Positions 47,710-57,183 of a DNA stretch of 64,000 nt are shown here, in pieces. The notes beneath the pieces were generated by a model. It was not told where the DNA came from. It saw only the letters and a list, made by a program, of their open reading frames with translations, and ran no database searches. A program made the position numbers and the translations under genes. This DNA is from a virus. The stretch's first letter is position 1; every line of letters starts with the position of its first letter. The stretch spans positions 1 through 64,000 of the IMG/VR virus record IMGVR_UViG_3300042402_007915; one strand, written 5' to 3'.

Positions 47710-48822
47710 ATGGCAAGTCCAGAATTGGTTCACAACTACCCTGCGAGTGGAGATACTGGATTCCCTGTGGGTGAAAAGATTCGCCTCTACTTCTCTAACT
47801 GTGTTGATCCTAAGACAGCTAAGGATTCGATTATCTTGGTTGGTAATGTAAGGGATAGGGCGCATGGGCCTGGCATGGCAAGTCTTGTTTCTCCCAAGGT
47901 AGGAGACGACAGGTTCTTTCTTAAGTCTCCAGGGTTCAGTGGAACTGTTCCTTTGAAGATGGAGTTTGGTCTTTACAGGACAGATGATAGTGACCGGGAG
48001 ATAGTAAGTGGCGCGCTTCCAGACAGAGATGCAGAAGTGGCAGGCCCTTACGCCTCGGCAGTTACTATTTGGCCCGAAGGCGGCTCTTTTGCTGCAGACA
48101 CTATTTACACCCTGTATGTCAATGGAGATCCGGAGAGTACAGGGATTGTTGGTGTGTCCTGTAAGACGGTCTATGATGTGGTCCCAGACCCTGCCAATGC
48201 CTCTACGACTGGAGTTGTGAAGGTAAGCGGTACATACACCGGAGACGGAGACGACACGGTTGTGGTGGTCATTACGACAGCAGGAGACCCTGGAGGTATG
48301 AAGTATAAATGGTGGTTCGACTCGGCGGGCGAACCCTCTGCCACTATGGGGAAAGTAAGCTCACGGCGCTATCGTTTGCTTGACGAAGGACTTCAGATCC
48401 GTTTTGACGGGTCTGAATTTGAAGTGGGCGATAGGTTTGAGGTACAGGTCTACTCTAGGGAAAGAATGGAGACCAGTTCAAACCTTACGTTCACGACTAA
48501 CGACGGTACTTGGTCAGAAGCCCCAGGAGTGTCTTCTATTCCGGCCTCGACAGTTCCGGCAGTTACTGACCTCATTGAAACCGAAGCCACCTATCTCACG
48601 GTCATTGAGATGGACCCGGAACACCAGTCCTACAACAACAAGAACAATCTTAGAAGGGTCTGGATTAAGTTCTCCGAGGAACTAGATGCGGATACTGTTA
48701 CTAAGGAAACGGTTGAGCTTTGGAAGCTTCCAGTAAGCGGTCACTACAACAAAACGTATCGCCCCGAGAGACTTGAGTTTGAGCTCGAAGTTGACGGTGA
48801 CGAAATCGTACTCAAGTTCTAG
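47710..48822 (+). CDS. Ig-like domain virion protein
   Basis: Two Big_5-like segments (P...IRLYFSNCVDP; P...VWIKFSEELDADTV). Confidence 0.6.
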   Translation: MASPELVHNYPASGDTGFPVGEKIRLYFSNCVDPKTAKDSIILVGNVRDRAHGPGMASLVSPKVGDDRFFLKSPGFSGTVPLKMEFGLYRTDDSDREIVSGALPDRDAEVAGPYASAVTIWPEGGSFAADTIYTLYVNGDPESTGIVGVSCKTVYDVVPDPANASTTGVVKVSGTYTGDGDDTVVVVITTAGDPGGMKYKWWFDSAGEPSATMGKVSSRRYRLLDEGLQIRFDGSEFEVGDRFEVQVYSRERMETSSNLTFTTNDGTWSEAPGVSSIPASTVPAVTDLIETEATYLTVIEMDPEHQSYNNKNNLRRVWIKFSEELDADTVTKETVELWKLPVSGHYNKTYRPERLEFELEVDGDEIVLKF

Positions 48823-48830
48823 GAGGTACA

Positions 48831-49910
48831 ATGTTCTATAACAGACAAACAGGTGCTTCTCCTGGAGACACTATTACCCTGTATGCAATCTTTACTGATG
48901 ATGCAGGGGCACTTAAAGACCCAGACGCTTTGCCGGAAGTGTACTTGTATGATCCGGAAGCTGTGTACGAAGAGGTTGAAGAGGCGTTGCTTCTTGCTGA
49001 TTATTCCGGTGCTGCGGAAGGGCCTTTAGAGCCAGAACGTATTTCGACTGGGTATTACAAGTTAGAGTATGAAATTCCCTCTGGGGCAGCAGAGGGTACT
49101 TGGTTGGACGTTTGGGTGGGTGCTGTTGACGGGGTGTCGTTCTTTAATATCCTGTCCTATATCAGTAATGCAGGTCTTTCAGTTTCTCCTCAGAATATTG
49201 GTAACAACACTTTGGTGTTGATTAAGCTTCGCAAGGAAATTACTGCTAGTGAGACTGGTCATGTCCTTGAGGATGACACTAGTTTGTACTTCACAACAAT
49301 GTATTCGCCGCTTTACGCGTCACCCACGCTTGTCAGGCTTGAGCTTGGTCGTTGGGTTGAATCCTTCCCCGAGGACACACTTGCGTTGATGCTACACTGG
49401 TCTTCGCAAGAGTGCGACGCCATTTCCTCTCCGGGTGCAAATGGTCGTAATCTTGGTTTTGCCCGTACTAAGTTTTGTGTGTTTGACACGGCGCTTCGGT
49501 TGTTGACAATGCCTGGGGCTGGGTTGGTTGACGCCTTAGAGACAATTGGTCTGGGAAAGAAGATGTTGGGCGACCTTTCTATCACGAAGAACAACCTGAC
49601 CCCAGCAGAGGTGGACTCTGAGACGTTTGGCTGGCTTAAGAAACAGAGAGAAGAGTGGTGGCGTGTAGTAAACAGCGGCGGCACTATTGTCCCTGGGGAA
49701 GGCCTAGGTCCAGTAACAGCAAAACCTGGAGAACTAAGTCCAGACAGAATGAACATTGGAAGACTATGGGATTCACCCTTTGAAAGAGATTACGCACAAC
49801 CAACTGTAAATGGGAAAGGACCAAGCTACACTTCAGACGGGAGATTAAGAACTAGAGAGAGATTTAACTACAATGGAATGTTACTGCCCTTCCAGAGAAG
49901 GAGGAGGTAG
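48831..49910 (+). CDS. putative head-tail adaptor
   Basis: Position; PLYASP and KKMLGDLSI motifs. Confidence 0.55.
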   Translation: MFYNRQTGASPGDTITLYAIFTDDAGALKDPDALPEVYLYDPEAVYEEVEEALLLADYSGAAEGPLEPERISTGYYKLEYEIPSGAAEGTWLDVWVGAVDGVSFFNILSYISNAGLSVSPQNIGNNTLVLIKLRKEITASETGHVLEDDTSLYFTTMYSPLYASPTLVRLELGRWVESFPEDTLALMLHWSSQECDAISSPGANGRNLGFARTKFCVFDTALRLLTMPGAGLVDALETIGLGKKMLGDLSITKNNLTPAEVDSETFGWLKKQREEWWRVVNSGGTIVPGEGLGPVTAKPGELSPDRMNIGRLWDSPFERDYAQPTVNGKGPSYTSDGRLRTRERFNYNGMLLPFQRRRR

Positions 49911-49914
49911 TTCT

Positions 49915-50517
49915 ATGGCACCAAGACCCTCCCTTCATTCCTCTAGGACAACCCCAAGAGCAGCAACCGCAAGTCTGACTGGAGAGATCGATCTCCGAGA
50001 CGAGTTTGACAGGCTTGTACTTGGAAAGGGTGAAAAGATTAGGCACGGACACCCAATGCTGCTTCGTAAGATGAGACGTGAACCAAATGGAGAACCGACC
50101 TACTGTACCTGCTCAGTCAATGACTCAAACAGACAAGGAGACAAGGACTGCGTGTACTGTCTTGGAGAAGGGTATCTCTGGGACGAGAGCTGGACCATCG
50201 GCTATACACTCTACACGTCTTCAGAGGGCGGAAAGTCAGACACAATCGTGCGCATGCCTTCTGGAAACATTAAGGGCAATTACAAGTTGTTCTTTCTTCG
50301 GTATGACACCGGAATCCAGTACGGGGACAAAATTGTAGAGGTCAGGCTAGATGAGGAAGGAAAAATTCAGTTATCATCGAATACAAATAGTTATATCCGG
50401 AAAGAAATCCATAAGCCTCAAACGATTTCCGAGATGAGGTCTGATAACGGAAGACTTGAATACTACGCAATTTACTGCCGGGCAGAAGATGCCATTAGGA
50501 ATCCGACACCAACATGA
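49915..50517 (+). CDS. putative head-closure / neck protein
   Basis: CTC...CVYCLGEG; GGAGG RBS; position. Confidence 0.55.
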   Translation: MAPRPSLHSSRTTPRAATASLTGEIDLRDEFDRLVLGKGEKIRHGHPMLLRKMRREPNGEPTYCTCSVNDSNRQGDKDCVYCLGEGYLWDESWTIGYTLYTSSEGGKSDTIVRMPSGNIKGNYKLFFLRYDTGIQYGDKIVEVRLDEEGKIQLSSNTNSYIRKEIHKPQTISEMRSDNGRLEYYAIYCRAEDAIRNPTPT

Positions 50518-51272
50518 GTGAAACCGGTAAAGACCTTGAGAAAATTCTTGCTAGCCTTAAGGCTAGCTCTGGATCTATTGCTGCTGAGCTGACTGACGGG
50601 AATGGAATTGCAGACCCTATGAGCCAAGCAGTTCCTATCAGCTCTCCGTACCCATTTGACATGGGGGACTTCTCTCCTAACCAAAAACAGTACTCTCTTG
50701 AAGAGTTTGTTGAAACTGCAGAGCGTCTTATCCGTTTTGGGCAGGAACTTGAGTCTAATGACGCTTCCAAGTTTGTAAGCCTAATTGCTGAGTATCCGAA
50801 TGAAGACTTCTCTCGGTTTAACAGTGGCGAGGTCATTACCTGGAAAGTAATTAGGCGCGAACCTGCTATGCTTAACGCTAAGGCAAGTGGCCGTCCTGGA
50901 CGGACCTTTATGCATCAGCGAAACTTTAAGTCCCCCCTATTTCCGAATAAAATTGTTGAGTTAGAGACAAGATATTTGGACCATGTTATAGAGTTTACTT
51001 GCTACTCGAAAGAAGCCTCTAAAGCTAACAAGAGAGCGCTGTGGCTTGAAAGACTATTCGTAAACCACTCTTGGGCTTTTACGTTTAGTGGAGCAGACAG
51101 GTTCTTCTTCAAAGAAAGAGGTTCAGACAATTACAGAACAACTGGTGGGCAGCCCCTCTATGAGCGCTGCCTAAGATTTGATGTTAGATTGATCGAATTC
51201 AGGCTCAACATCCAGAGTGAGATCAAGACGATTATGATTCAGAACGGTATTTCTACCGACTACCTAGAATAA
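50514..51272 (+). CDS. putative tail completion protein
   Basis: Directly before the sheath gene. Confidence 0.5.
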   Translation: MSETGKDLEKILASLKASSGSIAAELTDGNGIADPMSQAVPISSPYPFDMGDFSPNQKQYSLEEFVETAERLIRFGQELESNDASKFVSLIAEYPNEDFSRFNSGEVITWKVIRREPAMLNAKASGRPGRTFMHQRNFKSPLFPNKIVELETRYLDHVIEFTCYSKEASKANKRALWLERLFVNHSWAFTFSGADRFFFKERGSDNYRTTGGQPLYERCLRFDVRLIEFRLNIQSEIKTIMIQNGISTDYLE

Positions 51273-51283
51273 GGAGTTTTAAG

Positions 51284-53584
51284 ATGAGTTTTTCATCTCT
51301 AGGCGGTGTAACCGCTGCTTACGTTGACGGGAGCCTCGCTCCTGCCCGTTCACCTGCTCAGAACCGTGTCCTCGTTATTGGTGCTGCACCTTCTGGTCCT
51401 AGCGACGAGATCTACGGTGTTGGTTCGATTAACCAAGCAGAGCAGGTTTTCGGTGTTGAATCTGAAGTGATGAAGAGGGTTTGGGAGCTCTTTACCGAGG
51501 GCGCAGATAACATTGGTATCTTGCGTTGCGGTGGGCGTCCTGGAGTTGCAGTTATCGAAGACGGAGCTAGCACGATCACCATTACTCCGGTCCTCCGGGG
51601 AGATGAGGTTTGGGATCGTTATGCTCTGATTTTTGAGCCTCTTGACGGTCAGAACCGCCTTGTCATTTGGGACATTGAGGGCGAGACCTTCGTTTACGAC
51701 TCTGCTGGTATCTTGACCGTAGATGATTCTCTGTTCGAGGTTGAAGGCCTTGAGGAGATGGAGAGCCTGCTTGAGCTTGGTAGCGTTGCTCTTCCGACTT
51801 CAGTAGCTGCTGCTGCTGACCTCAGTGGTACTCCGTTCGTTGATGGTTCGACCACTTTTGCTGCCGATGCTGGTACTGATGGTGTCGACGTCTCTCTCGT
51901 AGAGAAGTACGCCAGCCTTTCTAGCGGTTATCACGAGCTGTCCTACAAGGATGCTTCTGCGCTGATTCCTGTTGGCGTTGACTTTGATGCTGCAAACATC
52001 GTTGACGAGAGCCTGAGCTATGGCTTGTACTGGAAGGGCCTCCCCGTCCAGGGCGAAGCTAACGACAAGCTTGGCTATCTCTGGCAGTACGTCTACCGTG
52101 GCGGCGTTTACACTTACTTCACGGACAGCGATCAGTACTTTACTGACGTTCCTGACCTTGAGTTTGCTACTCGCGCCCACGAAGGCGTAACGATTTCAGC
52201 CCTTAAGGCTGGTGTTGGTGGTAATGCTTGCCGCTTTGTGATTACCGCAGGTACTCTTGGCACAACCATCACCGAGACCGACTTTGGTCTGGATATCGCA
52301 GTTACTGCTGTTACTTCTACCAGCACCTACAACGCTATCATCAGCAGCATCAATACTGCTCTTGCTGCGTTCACGCTTGCTAACGGAGTCGTAGCTTCTT
52401 CTCTTCTCGAGGCAAGTCTCACCTCTGGCTCGACCGGAACTGATACCCTGAGCGCTCTGCGTAGCATTGTGAACCTCACTGGCGGTGTTGGTGGGCATGT
52501 ACTCACCCACGAAGACCTCACCGGTGTAGCGGCTCCTGGAGCGGTAGAGGACAAGTTTGAGGACGGCTCAGACGCTCAGCTTCGTGAGTGCAACTTCGGT
52601 CATCAGCTTGCTACCGCTTGCCACCTTGCTTCTTCGTACTGGCAAGATTGCTTGGGTGCAATCTCCTTCTCGAAGCCAAGCGCTTTTGGTCGGCGTGTCA
52701 TCTCTGGTCACCTTGGAAACTCTCCTACCTATACCACGAATGGAAGAGAGCTTTACATCGACACCGCTTCTCAGAATGGTAGCGGAGTCCTTGGTAACAA
52801 GCTGCTTGCAGGTCTGTCGGCTTCGGGTAATGGATACCGTGCTCACTTGGTCACCGATGGCGGAACCAATGACTCTATCGCTTACGGTGGATTGATCCTC
52901 ACCAAGGGCCTTTCACTCCCGAACGAAGGTAAGTTCTCTTACGGTATCGATGACGGCGATGAGGCCCTCGACAGCAATAAGCGCCCAGTTGATATTGGCC
53001 GCCACATCTTCGTGAACGCAAGCTGGGGTAACTGCGTGTCTGGTTGGAACTCTGGTGCAAGATACAAGGCTCCGGCCCACGCTATCTTCATGGGAGCCCT
53101 GCTCAGGACGGCTGCCAACGTAGAGCTGATTGGTGAGAACGGTCTGCTTCGTACCCCCTTCGCACAGATGGATATTCACCCGACGACTCAGGACGAGCTT
53201 GCGGCTGGTCGTATCGTGTTCGTGAAGCCCATCGACGGTGGTACCGCGCCCACCTTTGGTGCCTGCAAGACTGCTGCTCTTCCAAGCTCGGACTACAGCA
53301 GAATGTCTACGATTCGTATCGTGAACCAGCACCTTGCTGATATTCGTCGGATTGCTCGCCCGTTCCTTGGAAGGCCGTTCACCAACGCCGAGCTTCTTTC
53401 TCTCCAGGCCAGCATCTCACAGTACTGCCGCGAGCAGCAGAACCGCGGGATGAACAACGGAGCAGCTGCTGTAATCAGTTACAGCAATGTTGACCGCACC
53501 GTTGGGACTCTCCGGGTTGGCCTCCGTATCCGTCCCACCTTCTCGATGGAAACCATTACGGTTTCTGTCAGCATCTCAGAGTAA
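51284..53584 (+). CDS. tail sheath protein
   Basis: 766 aa; VLVIGAAPSGP N-terminus; STIRIVN...PFLGRP...IRPTF C-terminus. Confidence 0.9.
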   Translation: MSFSSLGGVTAAYVDGSLAPARSPAQNRVLVIGAAPSGPSDEIYGVGSINQAEQVFGVESEVMKRVWELFTEGADNIGILRCGGRPGVAVIEDGASTITITPVLRGDEVWDRYALIFEPLDGQNRLVIWDIEGETFVYDSAGILTVDDSLFEVEGLEEMESLLELGSVALPTSVAAAADLSGTPFVDGSTTFAADAGTDGVDVSLVEKYASLSSGYHELSYKDASALIPVGVDFDAANIVDESLSYGLYWKGLPVQGEANDKLGYLWQYVYRGGVYTYFTDSDQYFTDVPDLEFATRAHEGVTISALKAGVGGNACRFVITAGTLGTTITETDFGLDIAVTAVTSTSTYNAIISSINTALAAFTLANGVVASSLLEASLTSGSTGTDTLSALRSIVNLTGGVGGHVLTHEDLTGVAAPGAVEDKFEDGSDAQLRECNFGHQLATACHLASSYWQDCLGAISFSKPSAFGRRVISGHLGNSPTYTTNGRELYIDTASQNGSGVLGNKLLAGLSASGNGYRAHLVTDGGTNDSIAYGGLILTKGLSLPNEGKFSYGIDDGDEALDSNKRPVDIGRHIFVNASWGNCVSGWNSGARYKAPAHAIFMGALLRTAANVELIGENGLLRTPFAQMDIHPTTQDELAAGRIVFVKPIDGGTAPTFGACKTAALPSSDYSRMSTIRIVNQHLADIRRIARPFLGRPFTNAELLSLQASISQYCREQQNRGMNNGAAAVISYSNVDRTVGTLRVGLRIRPTFSMETITVSVSISE

Positions 53585-53596
53585 AAGGAGTAACTC

Positions 53597-54277
53597 ATGG
53601 CTACAAGTGCTCTTGAGCTTTCTAGAACCTACACATCCTATAGCGGCACTGATATCAAGGCCGTTATCAACGGACAGCCTCTGGCGACGCTTCAGGGCAT
53701 TTCTTACGCCGTGCAGCGCGAGAAGGCTCCGGTATACGTCATGGGCAGCAAAGACCCCCTTTCTTTCTCTCGTGGTAAGCGTGGCATCGCAGGCACCATC
53801 ATCGCGATGATGTTTGACGAGCACGCTCTCTACAAGGAGGCTGCGTTCAGGGATACGCAGGTCATCCTCGGGAAGGAAGAGATCTACGCCAACCCATCCA
53901 GCCTGAACTCGCTGACGACTGGCCCTTCCGGAGACCTTCTGGACCTGGGTTCTGTCGATCCGAGTTACGCCGGCCTAAACCCATCAGACCTGTCTGCCTC
54001 GTATCAGCCCTACAACCCATTCTACATGGACCAGCTGCCTCCGTTTGACATCGTTCTCGTTGCACAGAACGAGTACGGCAATGCTGCTACCATGAGAATC
54101 TATGGTGCTGAGATTCTGAACGAGGGCTCAGGCTTCTCAATCGACGACACCACCATCGAAAGCCAGATGACTTACGTTTGTAGGACCATCCTGCCTTGGC
54201 AGAAGCTTGGTAACTTCACCGTAAGCGGTTCTGGATTCAGCGGCGGCTTCACGACTTCGCCGGTTGGTCCTACCTAG
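53597..54277 (+). CDS. tail tube protein
   Basis: YSGTDI, ISYAVQREK, RGKRGIAGT, LPPFDI, NEGSGFSIDD. Confidence 0.8.
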   Translation: MATSALELSRTYTSYSGTDIKAVINGQPLATLQGISYAVQREKAPVYVMGSKDPLSFSRGKRGIAGTIIAMMFDEHALYKEAAFRDTQVILGKEEIYANPSSLNSLTTGPSGDLLDLGSVDPSYAGLNPSDLSASYQPYNPFYMDQLPPFDIVLVAQNEYGNAATMRIYGAEILNEGSGFSIDDTTIESQMTYVCRTILPWQKLGNFTVSGSGFSGGFTTSPVGPT

Positions 54278-54348
54278 GCTGACAAAACAGTAACTAAATG
54301 ATATACAGGGTGAGGCAACTCACCCTGTATTCTTTTGTAGGAGAGAAA

Positions 54349-55071
54349 ATGCAGTATCGTTACTCGTATTCAGGTGCCGACTGTAAGGTTTATATCTGCC
54401 CGCACGGAGAGTACAGCAAGTTCATTGAACTAGAAAGTTTCAATACAATTTCGTACTCGATCCATGAGGCAAAGGGGCAGGCCAGAGCTTTAGGCTATAG
54501 AGGGGTAAAGGGCTTCTCTAGGGGCATTAGAACCATCGCCGGCTCTTTCATCCTCACGGTCATTGAAGACAACCCGTTCCGTCCGTTCTTAAAGCTCTTG
54601 CAAGAACCAGGAGAAAGCATCCCCGCTGTTGACAAGAGACAGTACGGCTACTCTGCTGATATGGGGCTGACAGGTACTGGGGCCTTTAATGATGATCTCG
54701 ACTTTAGCAACGCACTCCCAACCATCATGTACCCGTTCGATCTGCTATTGATCTATGCAACAGAGCGACCGTTTGAAGCAAGAACCGACACTATTTGGCG
54801 CGAAGATGAAACCTGGAGGCGAAAGACAGAAGATCGAGGGCTCGAGGCAGCATACGCTTCAAGCCTTATTGAGGCTATTGAGATTGTAGATAACGGTGTA
54901 GTTACTTCGATTAATGACTCGGTGACTGAAATGACGTGTTCATTTATGGCAAGAAACGTAATGCCAATGACGCTTGTCCTGCCAAGAAAAACAATCTTTT
55001 TGAACGACGATGAAAGGCCTCCTGTCCCTTTTCCAGCAGATTTGGGTAGCAGCACAGAGGAGTCTGACTAA
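54349..55071 (+). CDS. tail tube-like paralogue 2
   Basis: YSGADC, ISYSIHEAK, RGIRTIAGS, PFDL, SINDS. Confidence 0.75.
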   Translation: MQYRYSYSGADCKVYICPHGEYSKFIELESFNTISYSIHEAKGQARALGYRGVKGFSRGIRTIAGSFILTVIEDNPFRPFLKLLQEPGESIPAVDKRQYGYSADMGLTGTGAFNDDLDFSNALPTIMYPFDLLLIYATERPFEARTDTIWREDETWRRKTEDRGLEAAYASSLIEAIEIVDNGVVTSINDSVTEMTCSFMARNVMPMTLVLPRKTIFLNDDERPPVPFPADLGSSTEESD

Positions 55072-55670
55072 TGGAAAGACCACTTGGACAAAGATTCATT
55101 CCAGGTACTGCAGCGTACCCGTACGAGTATTTTTGCGGTGCCAATACTGTTCTTTACTTTAACGGTACCCCCGCCCTAGAGATTGCAGGGCTAAGCTTCA
55201 CCATCGTGGAAGGTAAGCGGCCACTCTATGGTTACTCCTCGAGGTTCTTTGATGGAGTCGCAAGAGGTAACGTAATCGTAGAAGGCTCACTACTTGTCAA
55301 TATGGTAGACAGTGCATATCTAGTAGGTCTCCTGGATGGAGTAGTACCAACGACTCCTCAGGGTAGAAGTGCCCTCGCAACGGGATTATCTCCAGATCTA
55401 AGCTGGGACGATTTGGAAGATACCCCAACAGTCGGAGTAAGAGACCTTGTGAGTTATAGAGGCAACCCCCATGATAGGGGTGTAGGTTTTTACATCAAAG
55501 TAGTTATGGGCGCGCAAGATGGAAGTGGCAATAGACTCCTTGGTAATTCAAGTGCTGGCTTTTCTCTAACTGGTCTTACCTTCACTGGACGTGGGAGTAG
55601 TATTCAGGTAGATGAGCAAGTCATAGTTGAACAGCACATGTTTTTGGCACGCAACTTTGTGCCAAACTAA
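55071..55670 (+). CDS. tail tube-like paralogue 3
   Basis: FCGA, KRPLYGY, RGNVIVEGSL, EQHMFLAR. Confidence 0.65.
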   Translation: MERPLGQRFIPGTAAYPYEYFCGANTVLYFNGTPALEIAGLSFTIVEGKRPLYGYSSRFFDGVARGNVIVEGSLLVNMVDSAYLVGLLDGVVPTTPQGRSALATGLSPDLSWDDLEDTPTVGVRDLVSYRGNPHDRGVGFYIKVVMGAQDGSGNRLLGNSSAGFSLTGLTFTGRGSSIQVDEQVIVEQHMFLARNFVPN

Positions 55671-55680
55671 AGGATAAGTA

Positions 55681-56502
55681 ATGGCAAAGCTCTCTCCAGC
55701 GCAGATTGAACAGCTCAAGAAGCAGTCTGTAGACATGAATGCACTACTAACTGATGACGACTTCTTCGAGACCATTAACAAAGATATTTCGCAGACAGTG
55801 GCTGAACAGTGTGACCCAGAGGAAGTAAAGAAGGCTCACGAAGCGTTTGGCCTTCCTCTCCAGGCTCCAGTACCTCGGCCTACCCCACAGAAGACCATTC
55901 CCAGGAAGGAACAGACAATGAACAAGCGCCCAGTATCGGTTTCACCCGCCCCAGTTAGTCCCATCTCAAGCGAAGAGGAGAATCTTGAAGCAGAACTTGA
56001 GCGTCTCAAGGCTGCTCGTGTTGCCAAGGAGAGGGCCCTCGCAGAAGCACGGCAGAAGGAAGAGGAGGCCCGGCAGCCCGCAGCTGCCGAGGCGGAGGAG
56101 CCTCAGGAAGAGTTCCGGGACACAGTCCTCGGGCTGTTGACCAAGATCCCAGGTGCCCCAAACCCCAATCAGGTTGAAGCCCTGAAGAAGCAGTTCCAAG
56201 CGGTTTACGCCATTGCTTTCTCTGAGACCGAAGTGTTCCTGTTTACCTTCCTCCGTCGTTCGCAGTGGAATAAGATCCAGGAGATTATGCAGGAGAAGAG
56301 TCAGGCTATGACTCCTCAGCAGGCCGAGCGTGATCTTAGGGAGAAGGTAGTTCAGAACTGTATTGTTTGGCCAAACGTAAAGAGTGCCGAGTTTACGGCA
56401 TCGACTCCGGCCGGCATGATTGACACTCTGTTTGAGACAATCATGATCCACTCGTACTTCCTCACGACTCCTCAGGCAATGCAGCTGACCACCAAGCTCT
56501 AA
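55681..56502 (+). CDS. putative tail assembly chaperone
   Basis: Position; FLRRSQW...CIVWP...AGMIDTL. Confidence 0.6.
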   Translation: MAKLSPAQIEQLKKQSVDMNALLTDDDFFETINKDISQTVAEQCDPEEVKKAHEAFGLPLQAPVPRPTPQKTIPRKEQTMNKRPVSVSPAPVSPISSEEENLEAELERLKAARVAKERALAEARQKEEEARQPAAAEAEEPQEEFRDTVLGLLTKIPGAPNPNQVEALKKQFQAVYAIAFSETEVFLFTFLRRSQWNKIQEIMQEKSQAMTPQQAERDLREKVVQNCIVWPNVKSAEFTASTPAGMIDTLFETIMIHSYFLTTPQAMQLTTKL

Positions 56503-56511
56503 GGAAATACC

Positions 56512-57183
56512 ATGCTCGACATCAAGAAGATTGTCGAGAGTGAGGGACTGTATAGAACGAGCCTCCCTTTCGGAGGCTCGTTTACTTGGCGCCTCTTAAC
56601 TCTCAAAGAATACAACGCCTTCGCTTCCCTCAAGGACTCCGGTACCATTAACGACTATGAGTTCTACACAAAGGTGTTTGAGTACTGTTTTGTGGGGAAT
56701 CCTTTACTCATTGATGGAAGCATGCCAATGGGTATTATCTTCGGGATTGGACGGCTAATCATTGACCTGTCAGGACACAAAGACGCAGAGCAAGAGAAGG
56801 CTGAACTTGAGATTGCTCGCCAAAACTATCCCAGGAATACTCTGCTTGAGTACATGAAAAGAGTAATACTTAGAACGTTTTCAACGTATACTCCAGAAAT
56901 TATTGAGAATTGGACAAGGGAAAAAATCCTAGAAAGATTTGTCTTGGCAGAGTCTGTCTTGGCTGATGCTACGGGATACACCCCAATCTCAATGGACAAC
57001 ATTCTGTCTCCGCAAGAGGCGAAGAAGAAGGCAAAGAAGAAGGAGAAGATTGACTTCGAGAAGGAAAACAGAGCACTCGAAAAGTCTCTTGGTAAGAACG
57101 GACAGCACTTTGTTGAGAACACTCCAACTGATCCAGAGTATGAAAAGCGTCTTCGGATAGCGAAGGCGATGGGAGGTAGGTAG
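56512..57183 (+). CDS. putative tail assembly chaperone 2
   Basis: Position; WRLLTLKEY. Confidence 0.55.
   Translation: MLDIKKIVESEGLYRTSLPFGGSFTWRLLTLKEYNAFASLKDSGTINDYEFYTKVFEYCFVGNPLLIDGSMPMGIIFGIGRLIIDLSGHKDAEQEKAELEIARQNYPRNTLLEYMKRVILRTFSTYTPEIIENWTREKILERFVLAESVLADATGYTPISMDNILSPQEAKKKAKKKEKIDFEKENRALEKSLGKNGQHFVENTPTDPEYEKRLRIAKAMGGR

Noticed and set aside
56490-56520. Programmed frameshift between the tail chaperones
   Set aside because: No slippery heptamer is seen, and the second gene has its own AAGGA RBS and ATG
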